Below are positions 1-10,129 of a stretch of DNA of 24,425 nt, in pieces. The notes under the pieces are model-generated. The model was not told the origin of the DNA and made no database searches. It worked only from the letters and a program-made list of their open reading frames with translations. Every line of letters begins with the position of its first letter. Positions within the stretch are counted from its first letter, which is position 1. This DNA is from an uncultured Candidatus Rokubacteria bacterium (GTDB lineage: Bacteria; Methylomirabilota; Methylomirabilia; Rokubacteriales; DASRDR01). The position numbers and the translations under genes are program-made. The stretch lies in NCBI GenBank assembly GCA_963708025.1, contig CAVPSB010000033.1:1-24425 (forward strand), written 5' to 3'.

Positions 1-1742
1 GTTACGTGGTCGAGCATCCGGACCACGTGTCGCACCTGGTCCTCCTCAGCGGCCAGTACGCGGAGTCGGTCCCCCAGCCCCTCGACGAGCGGATCGCTCC
101 CGTGATCCGGAACGACTTCGACGGCTGGCGCGAGCGGCTCTTCCGGCGGTGCCTCCCCGAGCCCCACTCGCTCAAGGGCGTCGAGGACGGGATCGTCTGG
201 GCCGGTGAGAGCTCGCCCGAGGTCCTCGTGGAGTCGCTGCGGATGATCGACGGGTCGAACGTCTACGACCTGCTGCGCTGGGTCCGGGTGCCGGTGCTGG
301 CGCTTCACGGCACCCAGGACAAGATCGTGCCCTACACCCATGTCCAGAAGCTGGTCGCGGCCATCCCGGGGGCCCGACTCGTCACATTCGAGGGCGCCGG
401 CCACGGCCTCCATGGCCGCCACCCGGCGAAGGTGAACCGGCTCATCCGCGACTTCGTCCTCGACCGGGCCGTCGGGCCGCCCGCGATCCCGCCGACCATC
501 GAGCGGAAGGCCCCGCCGGCCCAGCCGCGCAAGGCCGCCCGGCGGCGGATCCTGTGGCTCTCGAGCCCCATCGGGCTCGGCCACATCCAGCGCGACATCG
601 CCATCGCCCGCAAGCTGCGCGAGATCCACCCGGACGTGACGGTGGACTTCCTCGCCGCGAACCCCGCCGACCGGGTCGTCGAGGCCGTCGGCGAGCGCCT
701 GCATCCCGCCACCCGGCTCCTCCTCAACGACAGCGCCCACTTCGAGGGCTGGGCGCGGGATCACGAGCTGCACGCCTTCAACGCGCTCTGGGACATGGAC
801 GAGATCATGGCGGCCAATTTCATGACGTTCGCCGACGTCGTCGAGCGGGAGGACTACGACCTCTGGGTGGGCGACGAGAGCTGGGACCTCGACTACTTCC
901 TCCACGAGAACCCCGAGCTGAAGCGGGCGCCCTACGTGTTCCTGACCGACTTCATCGGCGTCCTTCCCATGCGCGACGACCCGGCCTCCGCGGAGTTCAA
1001 GCGCACCTGGGAGAAGAACGCGGAGAACATCGACCACCTGCGCTTTCATCCGGACGTGCGGGACCTGTCCGTCATGGTGGGTGACGAGGAGGACGTGCTC
1101 GACCGGGAGTTCGGCCCCGACCTGCCCAACATGCGGCAGTGGGCCCGCGAGCACTTCCGGTTCCCGGGCTACACGTACCACTTCGACCCCGCCGACTACC
1201 GGGACAAGGACACCCTGCGGCAGGAGCTGGGCTTCCGCGACGGGGAGCGGGTGATCCTGGTCTCGGTGGGCGGCACCCGGGTGGGACGGAGCCTGCTCGG
1301 GAAGTGCGCCGAGGCCTTCTCGCTCGTGGCCCACAAGATCCCCGACACCCGGATGCTCCTGGTGGCCGGGCCGCGCCTCGTCCCGGAGGAGCTGCCCGGC
1401 GGCCCCCGGATCGACGTCCGGGCCTTCGTCCCCCACCTGTTCCGCCACCATGCGGCCGCTCACCTCGCCATCGTCCAGGGCGGCCTCACCACCACGATGG
1501 AGCTGGCGGCCTTCCAGACCCCGTTCCTCTACTTCCCGCTCCGCAACCACTTCGAGCAGAACCTCCATGTCGCGCGGCGCCTGGATCGGCTGGGCGCCGG
1601 GATCCGCATGGACTACGACCGCACCAGCGTGGAGGAGCTGGGCGCCGCCATCCTCGACCACCTGGGCAAGCCCGTGCACCACGGCGCGGCGCCGTCGGGC
1701 GGCACCGAGCGCGCGGCACGGATGATCGCCAACCTGCTCTGA
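1..1742 (+). CDS. Alpha/beta-fold hydrolase fused to a GT-B glycosyltransferase (MurG/GT28-C-like); 5'-truncated by the window edge
   Basis: The frame is open from the window start. YVVEHPDHVSHLVL is the segment just after the nucleophile elbow. HGTQDKIVP supplies the acid and GAGHGL the catalytic His. After a Pro-rich linker come LSSPIGLGHIQRD (GT-B GxGH) and QGGLTTTMEL...PFLYFPLRNHFEQ (nucleotide-sugar-binding C-domain). Confidence 0.85.
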   Translation, partial: YVVEHPDHVSHLVLLSGQYAESVPQPLDERIAPVIRNDFDGWRERLFRRCLPEPHSLKGVEDGIVWAGESSPEVLVESLRMIDGSNVYDLLRWVRVPVLALHGTQDKIVPYTHVQKLVAAIPGARLVTFEGAGHGLHGRHPAKVNRLIRDFVLDRAVGPPAIPPTIERKAPPAQPRKAARRRILWLSSPIGLGHIQRDIAIARKLREIHPDVTVDFLAANPADRVVEAVGERLHPATRLLLNDSAHFEGWARDHELHAFNALWDMDEIMAANFMTFADVVEREDYDLWVGDESWDLDYFLHENPELKRAPYVFLTDFIGVLPMRDDPASAEFKRTWEKNAENIDHLRFHPDVRDLSVMVGDEEDVLDREFGPDLPNMRQWAREHFRFPGYTYHFDPADYRDKDTLRQELGFRDGERVILVSVGGTRVGRSLLGKCAEAFSLVAHKIPDTRMLLVAGPRLVPEELPGGPRIDVRAFVPHLFRHHAAAHLAIVQGGLTTTMELAAFQTPFLYFPLRNHFEQNLHVARRLDRLGAGIRMDYDRTSVEELGAAILDHLGKPVHHGAAPSGGTERAARMIANLL

Positions 1743-1759
1743 TCCAGGGGAGACTCGAC

Positions 1760-2323
1760 ATGGCGCTGGGACTGAACGACGTCAACATCGAGAAGCTGAA
1801 GGCCACCGACACCGCGGTTCGCCAGAACCCCGGCCTGGAGAAGATCACGGTCAAGGCCAGGTCCACGTGGTGCCGCGGGACCATGACCCAGGTCACGCTC
1901 AGCGAGTGGTACGCGGGCGGCAACCTGATGACCCCCCGGCCCCGCCGCTTCACCATCATGGTGGACGAGCCTCCCGACCTCGGCGGCGGCGACGCTGCGC
2001 CGTTCCCGATCGAGGTGGTCCTCGCCGCGCTGGCCGGCTGCGTCACCAACGCCACCGCGACCAACGCCAGTCTCTTCGACGTCCCGATCGACGGCATCGA
2101 GATGGAGCTGGAAGCCCACATGGACGCGCGCGGCTTCCTCGGCCATGACAAGTCGGTGCGCAACGGCATCACGGACATCAGCTACACCATCACGATCCAG
2201 AGCCCGGCCGCGGAGGACAAGGTGCGGCGTTGCAAGGAAACCATCGACCGGAAGTCGGCTGTGCGGGACACCCTCGCCAACCCGGTCAACATCACGTCGA
2301 AGTTCGTCTACAAGCCGAGCTGA
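1760..2323 (+). CDS. OsmC/Ohr-family protein
   Basis: ATG at 1760 follows AGGGGAG. The motif DEPPDLGGGDAAPFPIEVVLAALAGC is typical of OsmC-like proteins, with DARGFLG and a C-terminal SAVRDTLANPV. The upstream part of the tracked ORF (1139-1759) is an alternate-frame shadow of gene 1. Confidence 0.88.
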   Translation: MALGLNDVNIEKLKATDTAVRQNPGLEKITVKARSTWCRGTMTQVTLSEWYAGGNLMTPRPRRFTIMVDEPPDLGGGDAAPFPIEVVLAALAGCVTNATATNASLFDVPIDGIEMELEAHMDARGFLGHDKSVRNGITDISYTITIQSPAAEDKVRRCKETIDRKSAVRDTLANPVNITSKFVYKPS

Positions 2324-2333
2324 GCGCGGACGG

Positions 2334-4583
2334 ATGCCGGGCGACGTCAACTGCCTCTTCACCAAGGCTCTGATCCCCTTCGTCGAGAAGGAGGTCGGAC
2401 CCGAGGGGGTCATGGCCCTCTGCCGCGCCGCCGGGCGGTCGCGCGAGTACCTCATGGCGGACCACAACTGGCTCCCCCTGGCTGTCGCCGACGAGCTGGT
2501 CCGCGTGGCGATGGAGTTGGTGGGCGAGACGGACGTGGAGCGATGGGCCCGCCGCTACGGCGACGACGCCATGGATTGGAAGCCGTCCCGGGAGTATCGC
2601 CATTACCTCGGAACCTACAGCATGGGGATTGGCCACCCACGCGAGCTGTTCGAGAGAAACGTCCGCATGGCGCCAGCGGGCGCGCGCTTCTACCGCCTCG
2701 ACAGCCTCGGGGTGATGCGCAATCGGGCCACCTTCCGGCGAACCCCGGCGCCGGGTTTCACCATTCCCCGCTGGTTCTGTGTCTGGGAGAACGTCAAGTA
2801 CGAGCGCTATCCAACCAACTGGGGGCTTCCGCGAGCCGTCGTCACCGAGTCCCGCTGCGCCGCCCTCGGTGCCGACGCGTGCGTGCTCGAGGTCACGTGG
2901 AAGAACCCCCCGCTCGGCCGCCGCTTCTGGGGACCGACCCTGGCCGGTGGCGCTGCGTCCGCCGCGCTCCTGGCCGCGCTCGCCACCGGGCAGCCGCTGC
3001 CCTGGACCGCCGAGGTGGTCGTGGCCGTGCTCCTCGTGCTCTTCGGCGGCGCGGCGGGCTACGGGCTGGTGCAGCGCGCGCGCTGGCAGCACACCAAGCG
3101 GATGCTGGACCTCCAGTCCGAGGAGATCCTCTACTCCAACAACGAGCTGGAGAAGAAGTTCCGGGACCTGGACACCAAGATCGAGCAGCTCTCGCTCCTG
3201 ATCGATCTCGCCGCCGCCGTCAACGCCACCCTCGACCCCGAGAAGATCTACGAGCAGGCGCTCCAGCGCCTGGTCCACCGCATGGGCTACCAGGGCGCCT
3301 ATCTCTTCCTCGTGGATCAGAGCCGCCAGGCCGTCCGTGGCCACAGGATGGCCGGCGGTGCCGGGGGGAGTGCCGAGTTCGAGCGCGTCGAGTTCCGCCT
3401 CGACGATCCCCACTCCGGGCAGTCTCGAGTTGCCGTCACCGGCCTTCCGATCGCGATCGACGACGTCGAGACCACGACCGTGCCCGTGGATCTCCAAACC
3501 GCCCGCTCGTTCGGGGTGCGCTCGGCGGTGATGGTCCCCCTCCGCGTCAAGGAGCGGATCTTCGGGGTGCTCAACGTCACCTCCAGCGAGCCGGGCCAGG
3601 TCGGAGAGGGCGACCTCGAGCTGCTCTCGGCGGTGGCCAACCACGTGGCGCTGGCGGTGGACCGGGCGGAGAGCTTCCAGACCATCGAGGAGCTGTCCCG
3701 CGGGCTCGAGGACAAGGTGCGGGTGCGGACCGAGCAGCTCCGCTCGGCGAACGAGGAGCTCCAGGCCGCCTACCGGGAGCTCCAGGCCGCCCAGATGCAG
3801 CTCATCCAGCGCGAGAAGATGGCGTCGGTGGGCCAGCTCGTGGCCGGCGTGGCCCACGAGCTCAACAATCCCATCGGGTTCGTCTATTCCAACGCCACCA
3901 CCCTGGAGGACTTCGTCCGCCGTCTCCGCGGCATGCTCGACGTGTACCGTGCCACGCCGCTTCTGGAGGCGGAACGGGAGCGGGTCCAGGCCGAGTGGGA
4001 CGCCCGCAAGATCGACTATGCCCTCAAGTACCTGGACTCCATGACCCAGGGCATCAAGGAGGGCGCCGAGCGCGCGCGCAAGATCGTGCGCGACCTGCGG
4101 GTCTTCGCCCGGAGCCAGGACGACGTCTGGCAGCCCGTGGACCTCCACGAGGAGCTGGACTCGAGCCTCACGCTGCTCAACCACCTGCTCAAGGACCGGG
4201 TCGCCGTCCACAAGAAGCTCGGCGACCTGCCGGCCGTGGAGTGCATCCGGTCCCAGATCGACCAGGTCTTCCTCAACCTCCTGGCCAACGCCGCGCAGGC
4301 GATCACGGGCCCGGGCGCCATCACCATCGAGACCCGGCGGGAGAACGGCTTCGCCGTCCTCGCCATCGGCGACACCGGCCCCGGCATTCCCCGTGACATC
4401 ATCGGACGCATCTTCGACCCGTTCTTCACGACCAAGCCGGTGGGTGAGGGCACGGGGCTCGGGCTCTCGATCAGCTACGAGATCGTCAAGAAGCATGGGG
4501 GCGGCATCCGCGCCGAGAGCCCGCCGGGGGGTGGGGCCGTCTTCACGGTGCGCATCCCCATCACGAGGGCCTCGGCGTCGTGA
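2334..4583 (+). CDS. Membrane sensor histidine kinase: V4R-like N-terminal domain, 2 TM helices, GAF, HisKA, HATPase
   Basis: ATG at 2334 is 10 nt after the OsmC stop. C-x22-E-x2-C-x7-C motif (ESRCAALGADACVLEVTW). Two hydrophobic helices. GAF signature SAVMVPLRVKERIFGVLNV. H-box AHELNNP, N-box QVFLNLLANA, G1 DTGPGI, F-box FDPFFTTK, G2 GTGLGL. Confidence 0.92.
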   Translation: MPGDVNCLFTKALIPFVEKEVGPEGVMALCRAAGRSREYLMADHNWLPLAVADELVRVAMELVGETDVERWARRYGDDAMDWKPSREYRHYLGTYSMGIGHPRELFERNVRMAPAGARFYRLDSLGVMRNRATFRRTPAPGFTIPRWFCVWENVKYERYPTNWGLPRAVVTESRCAALGADACVLEVTWKNPPLGRRFWGPTLAGGAASAALLAALATGQPLPWTAEVVVAVLLVLFGGAAGYGLVQRARWQHTKRMLDLQSEEILYSNNELEKKFRDLDTKIEQLSLLIDLAAAVNATLDPEKIYEQALQRLVHRMGYQGAYLFLVDQSRQAVRGHRMAGGAGGSAEFERVEFRLDDPHSGQSRVAVTGLPIAIDDVETTTVPVDLQTARSFGVRSAVMVPLRVKERIFGVLNVTSSEPGQVGEGDLELLSAVANHVALAVDRAESFQTIEELSRGLEDKVRVRTEQLRSANEELQAAYRELQAAQMQLIQREKMASVGQLVAGVAHELNNPIGFVYSNATTLEDFVRRLRGMLDVYRATPLLEAERERVQAEWDARKIDYALKYLDSMTQGIKEGAERARKIVRDLRVFARSQDDVWQPVDLHEELDSSLTLLNHLLKDRVAVHKKLGDLPAVECIRSQIDQVFLNLLANAAQAITGPGAITIETRRENGFAVLAIGDTGPGIPRDIIGRIFDPFFTTKPVGEGTGLGLSISYEIVKKHGGGIRAESPPGGGAVFTVRIPITRASAS

Positions 4584-5740
4584 CCGACGAGGCAACGGTC
4601 CTGATCGTCAACGACGAGGGGCGGGTGCTCGACTCCCTGGAGGCCCTGCTGGCGATCGACCATCGCGTCCTCCGCGCCGAGCGACCCGAGGCGGCGCTGG
4701 ACACCCTCGCCCGCGAGGAGGTGGCCCTGGTCATCAGCGACCAGCGGATGCCGGGGATGGCCGGCACCGAGCTCCTGGCCCGGAGCCGCGAGGTCTCCCC
4801 GGAGACGGTCCGCGTGCTGCTCACCGCCTTCACCGACGCCGACGCGCTGATGGAGTCCATCAATGCGGCCAACATCTACCACTTCATCCTCAAGCCCTGG
4901 GATCCCACGGAGCTGACCCACACGGTGCGCCGCGGCGTCGAGCGCTACCGCCTGGCGCGGGAGCGCGCCGAGCTCATCCGCGACCTCGCCGCCAAGAACC
5001 GGGACCTCGAGGCCACCCTGGCCGACCTGCGGGCGGCGCAGGAGCGGGTGGTCCGGGAGGTCTCCGTCCGCGCCCAGCTCCAGCGCTACGTCTCTCCGCG
5101 GCTGGTGGACATGGCCGTCCAGAACCCGACCTTGCTCGAGCTCGCGGGCGAATGGCGCGAGGCCACGGTGCTCTTCGCCGACATCCGCGGCTTCACCCGT
5201 CTGGTGGAGACCGCACCGGCCCCGGTTGTGATCCGCCTGCTCAACGAGTACTTCAGCGAGATGATCGACGTGATCTTCCGCCAGCAGGGCACCGTCGAGC
5301 AGCTCATCGGCGACGAGATCGTGGCCCTCTTCGGCGTCACCGAGGGCGGTCAGGATGCGGCCGCCCGCGCCGTGCGCACGGCCATCGACATGGTCGCCGC
5401 GGTGGAGACGCTCTCGACCCGGTGGAAGGCGGACGGGCTGCCGACCTTCGGCATCGGCGTCGGCCTCACCTCGGGGGCGGTGTGGGCCGCCACCATCGGC
5501 TCGGACCGGCGGCGCGAGCTGGTCGTGGTGGGTCGCCCGATGATCGCGGCCGCCCGCATCCAGCGCATGACACGGCTCTTCGACGCGCATATAATCGCCG
5601 GCGAGGGCACGTTCCGCGAAGTCGGCGATCTCGTCCGGTACCGCGAGCTCGGCACCCCGAAGCTCAAGGGCATCAAGGACCGCCAGCCGCTCTACGAGAT
5701 CCTCGGCCTGAAGGACGGCGCTCCCGCCGATGTCCGCTAG
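4580..5740 (+). CDS. Response regulator receiver fused to a class III nucleotide (adenylate/guanylate-type) cyclase domain
   Basis: GTGA overlap with the kinase. Receiver motifs ISDQRMP, LLTAF, KPWDP. Coiled coil, then cyclase motifs TVLFADIRGFT, IGDEIVALFG, GIGVGL, AAARIQ, LKG. Confidence 0.9.
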   Translation: MTDEATVLIVNDEGRVLDSLEALLAIDHRVLRAERPEAALDTLAREEVALVISDQRMPGMAGTELLARSREVSPETVRVLLTAFTDADALMESINAANIYHFILKPWDPTELTHTVRRGVERYRLARERAELIRDLAAKNRDLEATLADLRAAQERVVREVSVRAQLQRYVSPRLVDMAVQNPTLLELAGEWREATVLFADIRGFTRLVETAPAPVVIRLLNEYFSEMIDVIFRQQGTVEQLIGDEIVALFGVTEGGQDAAARAVRTAIDMVAAVETLSTRWKADGLPTFGIGVGLTSGAVWAATIGSDRRRELVVVGRPMIAAARIQRMTRLFDAHIIAGEGTFREVGDLVRYRELGTPKLKGIKDRQPLYEILGLKDGAPADVR

Positions 5741-5768
5741 GCGCCGCCAGCCCGACAGAGGAGGGTGA

Positions 5769-7160
<1,392 letters not shown>

Positions 7161-8145
7161 CGTCCCGCCCGTCGGCGCCGCGGCGCGGGAGCGCGGCAGT
7201 CTCGTCCGTTTCGCCTCGAGGGCGAGGCACCGGGGGGGCGACACGCCCGAAGGCCTTTCCGGGATGGACGCGGCGGGTGAACGCCGCCAGCTCATCCACG
7301 AAGGCCTGCGCGTAGGCGGGCAGGAAGCGCCGCGGGTCCCAGCTGACCGCGACCCATGCGCCGAGCGAACGCCCGTCCTGGAGAAGCGGCGCCGCGCGCA
7401 CCCTTGCTCCGAGGGTCAGGGTCGAGGGGGCCACCCCGATCCCGTATCCGGCCCGCACGAAGGCCAGGAGCGTGTGCGGTGTCCCGCTCTCCAGCAGCAC
7501 CCTCGGCCGTACGTGGGCGACCTGGCAGGCGGCGTCGAACAACTGGCGGACGGCGAAGTCCCGGCGGAGGAGCAGAAGGGGCTCCCGCGCCAGCTCCCTC
7601 ACCTCGAGAGTGGCCCGCCGCGCCAGGCGGTGGGATGGTGGCATCAAGGCGATCACCCGTCCCGGGAAGAGGAGGCGATGCCTGAACCCCGCCTCGGGGA
7701 TCGTCACCGCCAGGTGAAGCTCCCCTCGGTTGAGCCGGGCGAGGAGGCCTCGACCGCCGTCCTCGGTCAACTGGATCTCGACGACGGGATGGCCGCGGCG
7801 GTAGCGGGCCACGAACTCCACGAGCACGCTCTCCAGCGACTGGGGCGTGGCGCCCACCCGGAGGATGCCCGCATCCCCCACCTGGAGCGCCCGGGCGCGG
7901 TCGCCGATCGACTCCACCCCGGCCAGGAGGTCGCGGCTCCGATGGAGCAGGTCCTCCCCCTCGGCCGTCAGCTCGATCCGGCGGCCGATCCGATCGAACA
8001 GCCTCACACCGAGCTCCGCCGCCAGGTCGCGCACCTGGCGGGAGAGGCCCGGCTGGGTCAGGCCGAGACGGCCAGCCGCCCGGGACACGCTTCGGGCGTC
8101 GGCGACCGCGACGAAATACCGCAGGTGCCTGAGCTCCATGGCCTC

Positions 8146-8213
8146 ATGCCTCCCCGGCATCGATTATAGGTTGGAAGAAGCATTGGACGTGAGCCAGCCG
8201 CCGCTTCTATCGT
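8146..8213. promoter_or_regulatory. Divergent promoter region with a LysR T-N11-A box
   Basis: Palindrome ATGCC-TCCCC-GGCAT at 8146-8160 fits T-N11-A. Perfect TATAAT on the minus strand at 8163-8168. Candidate plus-strand TGGACG (8184-8189)-18 nt-TATCGT (8208-8213). Confidence 0.65.
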
Positions 8214-8320
8214 GCCGTCCCAGAGGGGTCCGACCGGTGACGACGCGCCGGTGACACTCCAGGCGGTGCCGGCGATAGTCGTCGGGCCTGGATGGCCGCA
8301 TCGCCTCTGGAGGTGACGCC

Positions 8321-10075
8321 GTGAATAGAATGGTGTGGTTCGCTCTGTTCCTCTGCGTGGGCCTCTCCGCCGCCCCCCGGGGATCGCTGGACGGGGTCCG
8401 CGACTGGACCGACCCCCGAGCGGTGGCGGCCTCCGAAGCGCTCGGAGGAGGCGCCGGCGACTGGGTGTTCCCCGGCGAGTACGAGAGTCACCAGGCCATG
8501 TGGATGCTGTGGCCGACGTACGAGAACAAGGCGGGGTTCCCCTCCACCGAGCCGATCAGCGACATGATCCGCGCGATGAGCGGCCACGTCCACGTGAACC
8601 TGGCGGTGCAGGACGCCGATGACGAAGCCGCCGCCAGGAGCCTGCTGACCGCGAACGGAGTCCCGCTCGACCACGTCCACTTCTTCCAGATCGAGCACGG
8701 CGACATCTGGGCTCGGGACATGGGGCCTCAGTTCACCCGGAGCCGTTCGGGGAAACTGCGCATCAACGACTGGAATTTCAACATGTGGGGGAACGAAGAG
8801 CCCGACAGCGAATTCAGCATGTTCGACGAGCCCTTCGACCGCACCGTCGCCTCCATCATCAAGGTCCCGGTACTCGACGCACGGCCCGGGCCCGCCAGCG
8901 CCGTGCGCATGATCCACGAGGGTGGAGGGTTCACGCACAACGGACACGGGACGATGATCGCCGTCGAATCGGTCGTGATGCAGCGAAACCTGGGACCCAG
9001 TCGGTTCTGCGGTGGACTGGCTCCGGTGACCGACTACAGCCAGCCGAACACGTACGCGCCGAACCCGGACTGGCCTGCGTGCAAAGCCCTCGTCGAGAAC
9101 GAGTATCGGCGGATGCTGGGGGCCAAGAAGGTCATCTGGATTCCCACCGGCGTCATCGAGGACAACGGAACGTTCCGGGGCGCGCTGGCGCCGCACATCC
9201 ACGTACCGATGCTTGAGGGGATCGACATCCCCCACGCGGGCGTCTACACGCTGTTCACTACCAACGGACACACCGACGAGCTCCTCCGGTTCGTCGCCCC
9301 CAACAGAGTGGTGTTGGCCGAGGAGACGGTCCCGAGAACCCCGGTGCGGACTCCAGTCGAGAAGTTGATCCGCTGGCTCCAGGAGCAGAACCATGAACGA
9401 CTCGAGCGGGTCTACGACATCATCTCCAGGGAGACGACGGAGTCCGGCGAGCCGATCCGGGTTGTCCGCATCCCAACGCCCGCTCTGACCCTCGAGGTGT
9501 TCGAGCCGGGCGACGGGATCTACGACTACTACGCGGCCTACGATCGCTGGGAGGACGGCTCGACGCTGCCGCCGGTCATGCTGGCAGTCTGGCCCACCAG
9601 CTACGTGAACTACGTGCCCACCAACGGCCTGGTCCTCGTGTCGAGTTTCTGGAAGCCCGGGCGCTCGCTCGAGACCAGGAAGAGAGACGAGGAGGCGCGC
9701 TCCCTCCTGCGAGAGGTGTTTCCCGGCCGCGAGATCGTGCAGGTCTACTCGGAGAACGTCAACCGGGGCGGCGGCGGGATGAACTGCATCACGCAGCAGC
9801 AGCCGGCGAGCGCGAGGTTCGCCCAGAAGTGCGGCTGGGCGAAGGTCCAGGTCGCCGCCGGGGTCACCACCCTGTTCGCCGGTGCGACCGGAGGAGCCGC
9901 GCTGGGCTCCGTCCCTCGGCTCGGCGTCTACCTGAAGCGGCTGGCCGCGTCGGAGAAGCGGGTGCGGGTCGAGGTCGTGGGCGCCTCCCGGCTCGACGGC
10001 CGGATCGGCTGGGTCGACGAGGACGACGTCGAGAGCGCCGGCGAGAAGTGCCCGGCCGTCTACTCCCTGAACTGA
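8321..10075 (+). CDS. Exported agmatine deiminase / peptidylarginine deiminase family protein with C-terminal SH3-like domain
   Basis: GGAGG RBS and a signal-peptide-like N-terminus. Motifs FPGEYE..WMLWP, IWARDMGP, EGGG, NGHTD, SYVNY, GGGGMNCITQQQP. The ~80-aa tail contains RVEV...GRIGWV. Confidence 0.88.
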   Translation: MNRMVWFALFLCVGLSAAPRGSLDGVRDWTDPRAVAASEALGGGAGDWVFPGEYESHQAMWMLWPTYENKAGFPSTEPISDMIRAMSGHVHVNLAVQDADDEAAARSLLTANGVPLDHVHFFQIEHGDIWARDMGPQFTRSRSGKLRINDWNFNMWGNEEPDSEFSMFDEPFDRTVASIIKVPVLDARPGPASAVRMIHEGGGFTHNGHGTMIAVESVVMQRNLGPSRFCGGLAPVTDYSQPNTYAPNPDWPACKALVENEYRRMLGAKKVIWIPTGVIEDNGTFRGALAPHIHVPMLEGIDIPHAGVYTLFTTNGHTDELLRFVAPNRVVLAEETVPRTPVRTPVEKLIRWLQEQNHERLERVYDIISRETTESGEPIRVVRIPTPALTLEVFEPGDGIYDYYAAYDRWEDGSTLPPVMLAVWPTSYVNYVPTNGLVLVSSFWKPGRSLETRKRDEEARSLLREVFPGREIVQVYSENVNRGGGGMNCITQQQPASARFAQKCGWAKVQVAAGVTTLFAGATGGAALGSVPRLGVYLKRLAASEKRVRVEVVGASRLDGRIGWVDEDDVESAGEKCPAVYSLN

Positions 10076-10129
10076 AGCCCGGATGCCGCCGGAGGGGTGG
10101 ACGGGGTCGTCGGCAAGGAGGGAAACCCC

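Noticed and set aside
2334-2900. H-NOX heme/NO sensor
   Set aside because: No YxSxR motif or obvious proximal His. The Cys/Glu pattern fits a V4R-like domain better.
4580-5740. Pycsar/CBASS-type anti-phage system built on the atypical cyclase
   Set aside because: There is no adjacent cyclic-nucleotide-binding, TIR or membrane effector. The cyclase is receiver-fused and embedded in a two-component operon.
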